This document shows positions 11,991 to 25,406 of a stretch of 64,000 nt of DNA, in pieces. A program made the translations under genes and the position numbers. Location: NCBI GenBank assembly GCA_030390025.1, contig CM059432.1:101062001-101126000 (forward strand), read 5' to 3'. The notes below the pieces were generated by a model. The model searched no databases. It had not been told where the DNA came from and worked only from the letters and a program-made list of their open reading frames with translations. The number at the start of each line of letters is the position of its first letter. Position 1 is the stretch's first letter. Source of the stretch: Squalus acanthias. Taxonomy: Eukaryota.

Positions 11991-12802
11991 AACTGGCAAT
12001 TAAATGTTACTGCTAAATTGAACAATATTAAAAATGTTGTGGATAGATTTCAACAATATTATATTAATGTAACAGGAAATTCTGTGCCTTTTCATCATCT
12101 GAGGGATATAATTGACAAATTTAAATTTACAGTACTTATATTCAAGCCAACAGTAAAAAAAAGTCTCCATCAAGTATAGTAAATGCTCGTTATAATGTAC
12201 TAGTTGGTAGAAAGCCAACTGGAGCATTATAACAAAGAGTCCTGCTTCCCACTCCATTTGACTTTAGACACCACATTATAATAATCTTTCCCAGTAAGGC
12301 CAATTTTGTAGGCCTTGCTGGTGGCAGGTGAGGCATTTTGTGCAGGTCTCTTTCAAATATTTAAAAGAACAAAACTGATTTTGGGCAAGGCTGTGTCCAC
12401 AGTTGAAACTTGTTACCTGGGCGGCTCAGGCAGGCTTATTAAAGGGAAATGGTGGTTTCTGTCTTTTTTTTGCATTTTTAATAACATTTTGATGCACTTT
12501 TCTCCATGTGCTAATTTGTTTGTTTGTTTGTTTGGTTGCGTAGTCCACCATTTTTGGTCTTGCAAAAATATTTTTTCATTATTCATTGTTACTGCTGGCA
12601 TTTAAATCGCACCATATAAAGTGGTGAGGATGGGAATTACCTTGGGGGCTCTGAACATCCTTCATGATTTAGCTGAGAAAGAAGAGTTCATGAGGGCGCA
12701 ACAAATGCAAGTGCAATATAAACTCAGTTTGGGTCCTTAAACGTCTATCCAGAACCGATGTCAGCTTAACATCGGTGGAAGGAAAAATAATGGAATCCCC
12801 AC

Positions 12803-14135
12803 TAAAGGAGAAAATAGAAGAACATCAAGAAACCAAAAATATAAAAATGAATAGTCAGCATGGATTTCAAAAGGGAAAGTCTTGCTTGACCAATCTCACT
12901 GAATATTTGAAGAGGTAACAGAGACAGTAGACAAGGGTAAAGCAGTAGATGTAATTTATCTAGATTTTCAAAAGGTTTTCGATAAGGTACCACATAATAG
13001 ACTAATGAATAAGGTCAGAGAATGCGGAGTCAGGGGACAAGTAGCAGAATGGATAGCTAGCTGGCTTCAAGACAGAAAGCAGAGAGTAGGGGTAAAAGGT
13101 AGCTATTCACAGTGTCAGAAGGTGGGTAGTGGTGTTCCACAAGGATCAGTGCTGGGACCACTGTTGTTCACAATTTATATTAACGATTTAGATTTTGGAA
13201 TCAAAAACACAATTTCTAAATTTGCGGATGACACCAAATTGGGGGAGATAGTCGATACTGAGGAGGACTGCAACAAATTACAGGAAGACATTAATAAACT
13301 TGCAGAATAGACATATAATTGGCAAATTAATTTCAACACAGATAAATGTGAGGTATTACATTTTGGGAGGAAGAATAGGGAGGTCCTATAGTACTTGAAG
13401 GGTGTGAGTCTAGGTGGGGTAGAGGAGTAAAGGGATCTAGGAGTACAAATACACAAATCACTAAAAGTTGCGACACAGGTTAACAAGGCCATAAAAAAAG
13501 CAAACCAAGCACTAGTGTTTATTTCTAGAGGGATAGAATTGAAAAGTAGTGAAGTTATGCTAAACTTGTATTGAACCTTGGTTAGACCACACTTAGAGTA
13601 CTGCGTACAATTCTGATCGCCATATTATAAAAAGGATATAGAGGCACTGGAGAGGGTGCAGAGAAGATTTACAAGGATGATACCAGAAATGCGAGGGTAT
13701 ACCTATCAGGAAAAGATGAACAGACTGGGTCTCTTTTCTCTTGAAAAGAGAAGGTTGAGGGGTGACCTAATAGAGGTCTTTAAAATTATGAAAGGTTTTG
13801 ATAGAGTAGATACAGAGAGAATGTTTCCTCTTGTGGGGAAGAGCAAAACTAGAGGCCATCAATATAAGATAGTCACCAAGAAATCCAATAGGGAATTCAG
13901 AAGAAACTTATTTACCTTGCGAGTGGTGAGAATGTGGAACTCGCTACCATAGGGAGTGGTTGAAGTAAATAGTATAGATGCATTTAAGGGGTGGTTACGT
14001 AAGCATATGAGGGAGAAGGGAATAGAGGGTTATGCTGATACAGAGGAAAGACGGGAGGAGGCTCGAGTGGAGCATAAACGCCGGCATGGACTGGTTGGGC
14101 CGAATGGCCTGTTTGTGTGCTGTATATCCTATGTA
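12803..14135 (+). mobile_element. CR1 LINE RT and 3' end, decayed
   Basis: SGVPQGSVLGPLLFTIYINDLD, KFADDTKLG, RRLRGDLIEVFKIM; tail at ~14100-14135. Confidence 0.93.
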
Positions 14136-14621
14136 AACCTCTATCTTACTGATGTCAAAGTTTATAAATCCGCATGGATTATTTCTGTTCATGTGGGGCA
14201 TGTAATTGTAGTGTTTGCTGTTGAATACTTCCAAGGAACTATTAATTGAGTATAATAACTATTCTCTGCTCATTTTCAGTTTCCTCCCTATTAGCATCCA
14301 TTAGTGTTCGTGCCCCTTCCCTGAATGTCTTCAACTGAAACATGTTCGTTCAAGGTCTTAAAACCTTGTTTAAATACAGAAAGATACGTTTGAGTACTAA
14401 TAACTGATCAACATTGTCTTTGTGCCAGCAGATGTTTGGCTGGGCAGGCAAATTAGCTTCAGCATTACACTGCATAAACCATTTGCCCATCAGGAACATC
14501 CTGGGTTAAACCTGAGCTGGAATGGGAGTGGGATGCTAAAAACTCCATGCTCACTGGAGGGAAAATAATCATCCAGAACTCTCAGCCTTGATAACTGTCC
14601 AGTGACTCCTGCTGTAAGTGT

Positions 14622-15182
14622 GCCCAAAGCCTTTCCACCATCTACAAGGCACAAGTCAGGAGTGTGAGGGAATACTTTCCACTTGCCTGGATGAGTGCAG
14701 CTCCAACAACACTCAAGAAGCTTGACACCATCCAGAACAAAGCAGCCCGCTTGATTGGCACCTCATCCACCACCTTAAACATTCACTCCCTCCACCACTG
14801 GCGTACTGTGGCTGCAGTGTGTACCATCTACAAGATGCACTGCAGCAACTCGCCAAGGCTTCTTTGGCAGCACCTCCCAAACCCGCGACCTCTTCCACCT
14901 AGAAGGACGAGGGCAGCAGGCGCATGGGAACACCACCACCTCCAATTTCCCCTCCAAGTCACACACCATCCTGACTTAGAAGTATATCGCCGATCCTTCA
15001 TCGTCACTGGGTCAAAATCCTGGAACTCCTTACCTAACAGCACTGTGGGAGTACCTTCACCATGTGGACTTCAGCGGTTCAAGAAGGCGGCTCACCACCA
15101 CCTTCTCAAGGGCAATTAGAGATGGGCAATAAATGCTGGCCTTGCCAGTGACGCCCAAATCCCACAAACGAATAAAAAAAAA
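14622..15182 (+). mobile_element. 3' fragment of a second CR1-group LINE family ('LINE-B', poly-A tailed)
   Basis: ORF 14664-15119 (YKMHCSNSPRLL..PRRTRAA) matches 20470-21000; ends GAATAAAAAAAA. Confidence 0.9.
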
Positions 15183-16003
15183 TCTATAGAATTTGGATGA
15201 AGACAGGATCAGAATTGTGTGTGATGCCCCACAACTGGATAACCCATTAATATTCACTGTCAAGGTTCAGAAATGAAGAATGATTGCAAGCGTAAGCTAC
15301 CAGAGATTATTGTCTGTGGAACCATACCTCAGCATTAGTCGTCACCTTCAGAAAACAAATATTGAGGGAAAATCAGAGGAAAACAGGAAGGGGAGGATCT
15401 TGACTTTGCACGATAGTGTAAAACGGGTGATAGCAAATCGGCAGCCCATTTTACATCTCTTACAATTTTTATTTCCATTTGAGTCAAGATCTGTCCCGAA
15501 GAATGCAAAACTGCACCCATAGTAAAAGAGTTACAGGTGAAGCTCCACAGGAATACCATGCAGTCCTGCTCCAAAGGTTTGAAAGGGAATCTGATGGCTT
15601 AGTATTGGATCTGTAACAGTTGGCATGGGAAAGATACTGTAGATGATTGAAATTGAGACCAGTCGATACACATTTCCACTTCTTTTCTGTCCTTCTATTT
15701 TCAAATTGATAAATAATTATTGACAGTTACAAAAATGTCATGATTATATTAAAAATGTTTTACTAACATGCTAAAAAAAAGTAAAAATGGCATAGATTTT
15801 CCTTTTCTCTAAGCCTGGGGAATCAGCATTCTACAGGTGAAGGGAAGAAGGAAATGGGGCTGGTCACATTGCACTGCCTGGGATTTCACTAGATGCATAA
15901 CTTGGCCTGCACCTGTTTGGCACCCATATAAAAAAAATGCCCTAATATCTCTAATTTTCATATTAGGTAGCTGATTCCCTTTATACTGCATATAGATGTT
16001 ATT

Positions 16004-16745
16004 GGCCCAGAAATTAAAGACGGAGCCTTCCTGCGGGGGTAAGGCTTCCCCGCGATATCTCACTGTGCGCCTGCCTTTTCCTTCCGAGCTCACACGAACT
16101 TTAGTTTCAAGGCTGCAGCTGTGCAGTGTGTGCGTATCCCACAGACGCAGTTAATTCGTGCGAGCTGTGGGATCACGTAATTCAGTTAGAGCCAATGGCA
16201 GCACACCATCTTTCATTCATAGTTTTGACAGCAAGGGCTGTCAAAGCTATGAATCTATACCCCCCCCAAAAGAACAGCTAAACCTCAATTAAATTTTTTT
16301 TAAAAACCATCACATTAATAAAATAAGTATAGTTTATTAAATTAACCACTTTAAACAAAAAATTTAATTTTTGAAAAAATTTAAAATCTTTTTAAAAGTT
16401 ATAAAAATAAACTTACCTTTCTTTAAAGTCTCTAAAAAAGATATATCTGTTGAAAAAAATTTAAAATACTTAATTAACTACTTACCTTGTTAAAAGAGGG
16501 TCTTACGCCTCCTTTCTTTATGTGCAAAATCTTCCATGCTTACCTGCGCGTTCAAAGCACTCAGTGCACTGCGTGCGCGCAGCCTGTAGCGCGCACGCGG
16601 TTCACTTAGGAACCGCCCCCTTTTAAGTTCACCAAGTGCCGGTTTTCAGCGCATGCGCAATGCATGCAGAAAACCGGCAATTGGAGACAGAATACGCGAG
16701 AGTACACAGTGCGTACTCTCGCGTACTGAGACTAATTTTTGGGCC
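16004..16745. mobile_element. Harbinger-type MITE family B copy 1 (742 bp, hairpin-rich)
   Basis: TIRs GGCCCAGAAATT / AATTTTTGGGCC, flanks ATT / AAT; reverse-complement match to 34758-35501. Confidence 0.88.
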
Positions 16746-18680
16746 AATATGTAATGTTATTGAATTACCCTAACAAAGAAATATGACCCAAGTATCAAAT
16801 CAAGTGGGTATAAGAAATGAATTGAATGAATCACATATAATCCACAGTAGTTTGTTGAGTGTATAGGGGCCAATAATTAGCAACCCTTCCAGACCCAGCT
16901 TAGCTCTTGCCGGAAGGGCTGAGAATTAGTTCGGGACCCAGATACTCTGGCCTTCTGAGAGATGGAACCTCTGCCCAGCTCAAACAAGGTCAGCAAAGAG
17001 AAGTGGGCAGGGCTGGGAGTGGGAATTCCCAGTGCTTGAAATTCCCACATTCCCAGCCTCTCAGTGACTTGGCAGAACATTGAAACTGGTGCACCGTATG
17101 TGGGTGTACTGTGAGGAAGCAGTTGCTAGTATTTCCCACCACCACCCCGGATAGTTGCATGGCCCTCTCCAGGCATAGGCCCACCACCTGGGTAGACCTT
17201 CCGGCAAATAATACGGAATGAAATTCAAATGCAGCTGGAAGGCAGCAGGATCGGTGGGGGTAAGTCGCTGCTGCACACCTGCCCAATTTCCCCAAGTAGA
17301 AATCGGTCCTACTGTTAATGCGTTATTTTCACCAGGTACAAGGCACACATTTGGGACCATTATGATGCCATCATGTGCAGCAATTCAATGTTAGTGCTAT
17401 ATACCAGTGACAGTGAACAGGAGCAGCATTCTCAGCAGTGGTAAGTTGATTTAGTGCAGCAGGGATAAAGTTGTCAAGAAGATCCTGATTTCCTCCCCAT
17501 CCCTTTTGAGCTGCAATGGTGAGGAGATATTAGCAATACTTGGAGAAAGGACGTAGGTGAATATTCAGAACTAATCTATGACTTTCTTTTGAATTGCATA
17601 CCACAGAAATTTCAATGGTCTAAAACTGAATGTCACGTTCCACTAATTAGATTGGCTCACTGAAGCAGAAGTTTTATTTAGTTTTATGGCCTTTTAAAAT
17701 GAACATAAAATGCTGACCTATTTATGTTGCAAGGCAATTTTCGAACAGACAAAGCATATAAAATGTGCAACAGTATAATATTTGGTCAAGAGCATTGGCC
17801 ACAGGGGCAATCCCATATTTACTGCAGTGTAAATCACATGTACATGCCACAATTTGTTCATATGCACAGGAGGCAAAGGCATACAGAGAGCTGACAAGCT
17901 GAAAAGTGTTTGGACCTCAGCATTTGTAACAGGCACATGGTCAGCAAAAATAAATCGGAACAACAACAACTTGCGTTTATATAGCACCTTTACCGTAGTA
18001 AAACATCCCAAGATGCTTCACAGTTATCAAACAAAATTTGACTCTGAGCCAAATAAGTAGATATTATAACATGTGACCAACAACATAGTCAAACAGATAG
18101 GTTTTGAGGAGCCTCATGAAGGAGGACAGAGAGGTAGCGAGGTGGAGAGGTTTAGGAATTTTAGAACTTGGATCCTCGGCAGCTGAAGGCACAGCTGCCA
18201 ATGCTGGAGCAATGAAAATCAGGGATGCTCAAAAGGCCAGAATAGGAGGAGTGCAGAAATCTTGGAGGGTTGTAGGACTGAAGGAGATTACAGAAATGAG
18301 GTGGGTGGGGTGGGGAGGGCGCAGGTGGTAGGGTGGGCGAGGCCATGGAGATATTTTAAAACGAGGATGGAAATTTTTAAATTGAGGTGTTGCTGGGAGA
18401 CAATGTCGATCAGCGAGCATAGTGCTAATGGGTGAACATGACTTGGTGCGAGTTAAGATATGGGCAGCAGATATTGGGTGGAGCTCAAGTTTACAGCGGG
18501 TGCAAGGTGGGAGGCTGGCCAGGAGAGCATTGGAATAGTCGATTGTGGAGGTTGCGAACAGTCTGATTCAGCCTCAGACAGTGGCCAGGGAGAGGGATGG
18601 AGTCGGTGGCAAGGGAATGCAGTGTGTGGCGGGAACTGAAGACAATGGTCTTGGTCTAACCAATATTTAGTTGGAGGAAA

Positions 18681-21004
18681 TAGCTGCCAGTCTGGGCCTG
18701 TGACAGGTGGTAACAGAAGCAACACGAGGGAAAAACCTACTTGACTTCATCCTCACCAATCTACCTGTCGCAGATGCAGCTGTCCATGACAGCATTGGTA
18801 GCAGTGACCACCGCACAGTCACTGTGGAGATGAAGTCCCATCGTCACACTGAGGACATCCTCTATCGTGTTGTGTGGCACTACCACCGTGCTAAATGGGA
18901 TAGATTCAGAACAGATCTAGCAGCTCAAAACTGAGCATCCATGAGGCGCTGTGGGCCATCAGCAGCAGCAGAATTGTATTCCACCACAATCTGTAACCTC
19001 ATGACCCGGCATATCCCTCAGTCTACCATTACCATCAACCCTGGTTCAATAAGGAGTGTAGAAGAGCATGCCAGGAGCAGCACCAGGCGTACCTAAAAAT
19101 GCAGTGACAACCTGGGGAAGCTGCAACACAGGACTACATGCATGCTAAAAAGCAGAAGCAGCATGCTATAGACAGAGCTAAGAGATCCCATAATCACCAG
19201 ATCAGATCAAAGCTCTGCAGTCTTGCTACATCCAGTCGTGAATGGTGGTGGACCATTAAACAACTAACGGGAGAAGGAAGCTCCATGAATATCTCCATCC
19301 TCAACGATGGTGGAGCCCAGCACGTGAGTGCAAAAGACAAAGCTGAAGTGTTTGCAACCATCTTCAGCCAGAAGTGCTGAGTGGATGATCCATATTAGCC
19401 TCCTCCTGAGGTCCCCACCACCACAGAAGCCGTGATATCAAGAAACGGCTGAGCGCACTGGATACAGCAAAGGCTATGGGCCCCGACAACATCCCGGCTG
19501 TCGTGCTGAAGACTTGTGCTCCAGAACTAGCTGCGCCTCTAACCAAGCTGTTCCAGTACAGCTACAACACTGGCATCTATCCGACAATGTGGAAAACTGC
19601 CCAGGTATGTCCTGTCCACTAAAAGCAGGACAAATCCAATCCGGCCAATTACCACCCCATCAGTCTACTCTCAGTCATCAGCAAAATGATGGAAGGAGTC
19701 ATCAACAGTGCTATCAAGCAGCACTTACTCACCAATAACCTGCTCACTGATGCCCAGTTTGGGTTCCGCCAGGACTACTTGGCTCCCGACCTCATTACAG
19801 CCTTGGTTCAAACATGGGTAAAAGAGCTGAATTCCAGAGGTGAGGTGAGAGTGACTGCCCTTGACATCAAGGCAGCATTTGACCGAGTGTGGCATCAAGG
19901 AGCCCTAGTAAAACTGAAGTCAATGGGAATTGGGGGGAAAACACTCTACTGGCTGGAGTCATACCTAGCACAAAGGAAGATGGTTGTGGTGATTGGAGGT
20001 CAATCATCACAGTTCCAGGACATCGCTGCAGGAGTTCCTCAGGGCAGTGTCCTAGGCCCAACCATCTTCAGCTGCTTCATCAATGACCTTCCCTCCATCA
20101 TAAGGTCAGAAATGGGGATGTTCGCTGATGACTGCACAGTGTTCAGTGCCATTCGCAACTCCTCAGATAATGAAGCAGTTCATGCCCGCATGCAACAAGA
20201 CCTGGACGACATTCAGGCTTGGGCTGATAAGTGGCAGGTAACATTCACGCCACACAAGTGCCAGGCAATGACTATCTCCAACAAGCGAGTGTCTAACCAC
20301 TGCCCCTTGATATACAACGGCATTACCATCGCCAAATCCCCCACCATCAGCATCCTGGGGGTCACTATTGACCAGAAACTTAACTGGACAAGCCACATAA
20401 ATACTGTGGCAACAAGAGCAGGTCAGATGCTGAGTATTCTGTGGCGAGTGTCTCACCTCCTGACTCCCCAAAGCCTGTCCACCATCTACAAGGCACAAGT
20501 CAGGAGTGTGATGGAATATTCTCCACTTGCCTGGATGAGTGCAGCTCCAACAACACAAGAAGCTCAACACCATCCAGGACAAAGCAGCCCACTTGATTGG
20601 CACCCCATCCACCACCTTAAACATTCACTCCCTCCACCACTGGCGTACCGTGGCTGCAGTACCATCTACAAGATGCACTGCAGCAACTCGCCAAGGCTTC
20701 TTCGGCAGCACCTCCCAAACCCGCGACCTCTTCCACCTAGAAGGACAAGGGCAGCAGGCACATGGAAACACCACCACCTCCAAGTTCCCCGCCAAGTCAC
20801 ACGCCATCCTGACTTCGAAGTATATCGCTGGGTCAAAATCCTAGAACTCCCTCCGTAACAGCACTGTGGGAGTACCTTCACCAAACAGACTGCAGCCGTT
20901 CAAGAAGGCGGCTCACCACCACCTTCTCAAGGGCAACTAGGGATGGGCAATAAATGCTGGCTTGCCAGCGACACCCACATCCCATGAACAAATTTTAAAA
21001 AAAA
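18681..21004 (+). mobile_element. LINE-B, 5'-truncated in the endonuclease, ~2.3 kb
   Basis: LLDFILTN..GSSDHRTV (endonuclease end), KAMGPDNIP, RT motifs, A-rich tail. Confidence 0.92.
19686..20858 (+). pseudogene. LINE-B reverse transcriptase remnant ORF (390 aa, frameshifted near C-terminus)
   Basis: QFGFR, LDIKAAFDRVWH, GVPQGSVLGP, MFADD, LGVTID. Confidence 0.9.
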
Positions 21005-21301
21005 ATTCTGCTCATCCAATACTGGATGTTGGACAAGCAGCATGAGAAATCAGAGTCAGTGGAGGGGTGGAGAGAGGTGGTGGTGAGGTAGAGCTGGGTG
21101 TTGTCAGCGTACATGTGAAACCTAACATTGTGTTTGCGGATGATGCCGCTGAGGGGCAGCATGTAGATGAGAAATAGGAGAAGGCCAAGGATAGATCCTT
21201 GGGGAACTCCAGAGGTCATGGTGTGGGAGCGGGAAAAGAAGTCACTGTAGGTGATTCTCTGGCTACGACTGGATATATAGAACCTGAACTATAAAAACAT
21301 A

Positions 21302-23370
21302 GGGGGAAAAATTTGTGTGTGCCAACAGAATTGCCGCTGTTAACGGCTGCCGCACTACCATTGAAAAATTGGCTCTGGAGGTTGGCGATGTGGAGCGCGT
21401 CGTTAACTTACCGTGCAACGCCCTGCTGGTGGTGTTAATGGAGGCCTCCGACCCCAAGTTCCCGTCCACAGTCGGCGTTGCTGCTTCTTACAGCCTGTGG
21501 GAACGAGGCTGTGGCGTTCGCATGGCATTGTGGCCAATTAAAGGGGCAGTGCATTCATAACTAATAAAAATTAAAATCAAGTGAAGAAATACATTTTTCT
21601 GCCCTTACTGCCTTTCATAAAAACATAAACATTAAAATGAATTCCCAAATGGCAGTCTTCAGCTCATGAAGCTGAATTGTCTTCCACACGTAAAAAAAAT
21701 GGTAAAAGTGCTTCAGCACTAACACAGATGGCTCAACAAGCCTGGGAAGGGGCACGCAGGGCCTCGTACACAGCACACCAGCTTTGTGGAGGGGGTCACC
21801 ACTGCAAGAGAGGTCCTCTACCCACAGGGGCCAGGAGGCTCTCCAGAAAGAACGATGTGGGGCCACATCACCGAGGCCGTCACAGCCAGCAGTGTCGCTC
21901 CACCACCTGGCTCCAGTGCCCAAAGAAGCTTCATGACCTCAGACCACTGGTCAAGGTCAGTGAATGCATCTTCAAAAGTCATCTCATACCAACTGCATCA
22001 CGAGCCTCACACACTGCTCAATGCACGACTCCCCTCCCCATCACTCACCAACCAACAATCTGTATCAATAACGAAGCACATCTCCCATTCCTAACCTCAC
22101 CTCACCCCCCTTGGAGGAGATGGTGCAGGCCATTATTGGCAGAGGCATGACTAAGCCCTTGGCCAGCGGCGGGGCTGAAATGATATAAGATGCTAGTATC
22201 CTCGAACGTTATCCTCCTTCTGGCATGCACCTCTTGCTTTCCCGCCCTCCCCTCTCCACAACTCCACCCTTGTGCCTTCCTCATTTAACTCACCCAAGAA
22301 ATGCAGTCTGCCCAGCCAGTGGTTGACCAAGAGGGAGAGGAGAGTGAAGAAGAAACACTGTCACTTGATTTGACACTCCCAGTCACCAGCTCCTCAAGGA
22401 CAACCAGCAAGGCCATTTGCAGTGTCCCCCACTGAAAGTCAGCAGCCTTCCACCAGCCATGCTGCAGCCACTGGGATAGCACTGTGTGACATCAGTAGGA
22501 TAGGCAAAGGCACACACAAGACAGTTACTAAGGGAATGCATAAGGGTGATGAGTTGATTTCTTGATGTCATATTGGATGGATAGATGTATAAAGTTGGAT
22601 TGGAAAGTTTGCTTTGTGGTGGCTTTTATTTCAGCATTATGGCCAAGAGGACGCTGTGATGTTAAAAGTTTTTTAAGCTTGTCGGGAGTGCTGCTGGAGG
22701 GAACAGAGGGAAGGTAAGATGTGGGACAAATGTGGAAAGGGGAATTGGGGTTGTGGTCACTGGTGCTGCAGGCAGATGATTCCATCCCGGATATCCTGGC
22801 CATAAAGGGGCTGTCTGGGTTGCATTCTTCCTTCTGCTTCCTCCTGTTCGGCTTCTTCCTCTTCTGTGTCTTCCTCTTTTCTGTGAGCGATGCCGTAAAT
22901 CTGAAATGACAGCATAAAATGCTGGAAATACTCAGCTAGTGAGGCAGCATCTCGACCTGAGACATGAACTCTGTTTTTCTCTCCACGGACGTTGCCTGAC
23001 CTGCTGAGTATTTGCAGCATTTACTGTCTTCTCAGAGGCCTTCCTTTACCATCCAAGGCCTTGCAAGCATCCAGCAGCACTCCCTAAACACCTAAAAAAA
23101 AAATTAACATCTATTGCAGCAAACCACTACTTCAATAAAGTCAAAAAAATCCAGTCCAAAAGTTTAAATCCAAACTTACCTGAAAGATGTATGTGTCCCT
23201 TTAAGAGGTGCTGACATCGCCACTGTCAGTCTGCTTGCATGCCAGGTTTACCTGGCATGCTTAGGACCCAGCGCTGAAATCAGTACTAGGGTCGAAGTTC
23301 AGAGTGGTGGCAATTTTTTCACCAGTTCATGGCGCTACGGAGTGGTGGTAAGTAGATGAATTTCTAGCCC
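21302..23370. mobile_element. Internally deleted Harbinger element: Myb/SANT remnant (+) and transposase C-terminal remnant (-)
   Basis: TIRs GGGGGAAAAATT / AATTTCTAGCCC, TSD ATA (21299-21301, 23371-23373); frameshifted EGV..REVLYPQG..MWGHITEAVTASSV..TWLQCPKKLHDL followed by a GT donor. Confidence 0.85.
22897..23028. mobile_element. Fold-back (inverted dimer) of the Penelope-derived repeat, nested in the Harbinger derivative
   Basis: AAATGCTGGAAATACTCAGC pairs with GCTGAGTATTTGCAGCATTT; absent from the sister copy near 27.5 kb. Confidence 0.7.
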
Positions 23371-25406
23371 ATACTATGTGCTTTGGGCCAGTTGTTGTAC
23401 CTGAAATCCACTAATCACACACTACTACATAGAGCTTCACTGCCATGTTGTTATGAATCCCTTCACTTTGATAATAAACACAAACACTTTTTCTCCCTAT
23501 TTTTAACCGTACCCTGGCTATGTAAGGCCGCAACCTATTTGCCTGTCTTCTCTGCTCTGTACTGGCTTCAAGAAGATGCTTAAGAATGACACCCCCTCCA
23601 ATTTCTCTTCCAGGTCTCTGGGTAGGGTGCCTGACCTACATTTGATGCCTGTCATGACTGCATGGCTAAGACACCTTCGAGTGGAATCGTGGGCACAAAC
23701 CATATTCCATGGCTTTGTAGCACTAGACATTGGTGCTCTAACATACTGTGTCATCACACTTTGTGGCACTAAATTTTGGCACAACAACTATCGATTGTGG
23801 CGTTGGGGGAGCACTCCTGCTCCTCCTGGCTCCACAGGAAAGTTTTGTAAAACATGGCATTAAATAAACGTACTTTTATTTGGCAGCTGCAGCGGGTGCT
23901 GAAGACTCCTGAATACAGCAGGTCCAACATCTGTCCCGCTCATCGCTGCCCAATTTCTGCGAGCGGACCTAAAACAGGCCACTGATTTACATATGTGAGA
24001 GATGTAATGCCTGTTTTAGGTAGTCACCAGGGACACCTGAAAAATGGCCCGACCCAATTTTGGGTCCGACATTATTCAGGTGTCTTCGAAGCTGGGCCTT
24101 ATTTTCGCTCTTTTTACACCAGTGCAACGAGGTCCAATTTCTACCCCACTGTGTGATCAGACTTTTCAGCCAACGAAACTATCATCATTATGGACACACT
24201 ATTGTTTATGGGGTAGATTTCACAAATTCGTGCTCCTTACTCTGTGTGGCAGGTGTTCATTTGGGGAATTCAGGTATGGAGGCCAGCATGGTCCATTACA
24301 TTGTCCCTCCATTAATTATGACAGAAAATCAGATGGAGTGCACTGAGCTCCATGCCCGAACTCACTATATGCACTCCAGCAGTGCTAATTCATAAAATCT
24401 ACATCTACGTTTCATTTTGAAGGGAAAATGACTACAGAGTGCAATGTATTTGAACCAAAATGAAAACTGCTCCTTTTCCCTTTGTCTCAGTTTATGTTTT
24501 TTTATGTCCAAGTCTGCTGGTGGATGAGTTAGTTAATCGCATATTGAAGTTTGCAATTCCGTTATCCAAAGAAACCTTTCAAACACTATTAAATATAAAT
24601 CCTTTGCACATTCTTCTGCAGAACAAGAAGTATTTTATCTAAATTCATTGAATGGAGTGGTTCTTAGTTAAAGACACTCGAGCTGCTGCTTGTCTGATTC
24701 CACCCACTGACTCAAGAAGATTCAACATGTCAGAGGCATGTCAGATGTTGTTAGTAAATTTGCATTTAGTTCCAGCAAACGAATCACTTATGGAAAACCC
24801 TATTGATTAGAATGAAATGACAAAACCACTGATGGGATTAGGTGATGGAGATTTATACTGAAGCTGAGACTAACAATATTAATATCTTTAATTATCTGCT
24901 GGAAGAGATGTTCTGTATCAGGGACATTCAGAATAAGACCGCAGCACTTATCACATATAATTAAATAAAAAACCCACAAATTCTATTAGTTACATGCAAT
25001 GTTCTTAGGACAGGAAGACTTACTCATGACAGAATAAGCAAGTGCTAAGGCTCTGTAGAAGCAACATTTGGGAAGATTTGCATGAACCCCTAAAGGATTA
25101 TTCTTCAGGTATGGGGATGAGCACCAGGTGTTGGCAGTGCGTGCAAAAAGCACAACTTTCAAGCTGGAGTGGAAGCAAGTTTGGATTTGGACAACAGCAG
25201 CAGGGAGCAAAGCAAGAGGCAGTCAGCTCAGAGAGTAAAAGCTTTGGTGCAAGGCCATGGGTTCTGCTTCATATAAAGATTTGACTAAGGTATAATGGGG
25301 GAGGATGATGATTTTAGACTCTAAATTGTCAGACTGCTTGTCCGACATCCAGTACTGGATGAGTAGAAATTTCCTCCAACTAAATATTGGGAAGACCAAA
25401 GCCATT

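Larger units (their letters stand above)
17959..21280 (-). mobile_element. L2 LINE 3' portion (17959-18680 and 21005-21280), split by LINE-B
   Basis: (CAA)n + TTGCGTTTATATAGCACCTTT tail; ORF 20995-21219 has SGVPQGSILG..FHMYADNTQLY; halves rejoin at GGAAAT|TCTGCTCATCC. Confidence 0.88.

Noticed and set aside
23576..23863. 95-aa + strand ORF behind a good acceptor (TTTCTCTTCCAG)
   Set aside because: No matching donor and no recognisable protein similarity
24700..24770. AP-1 (TGACTCA) and octamer (ATTTGCAT) motifs as an enhancer
   Set aside because: Short motifs are expected by chance in 64 kb; conservation cannot be assessed here
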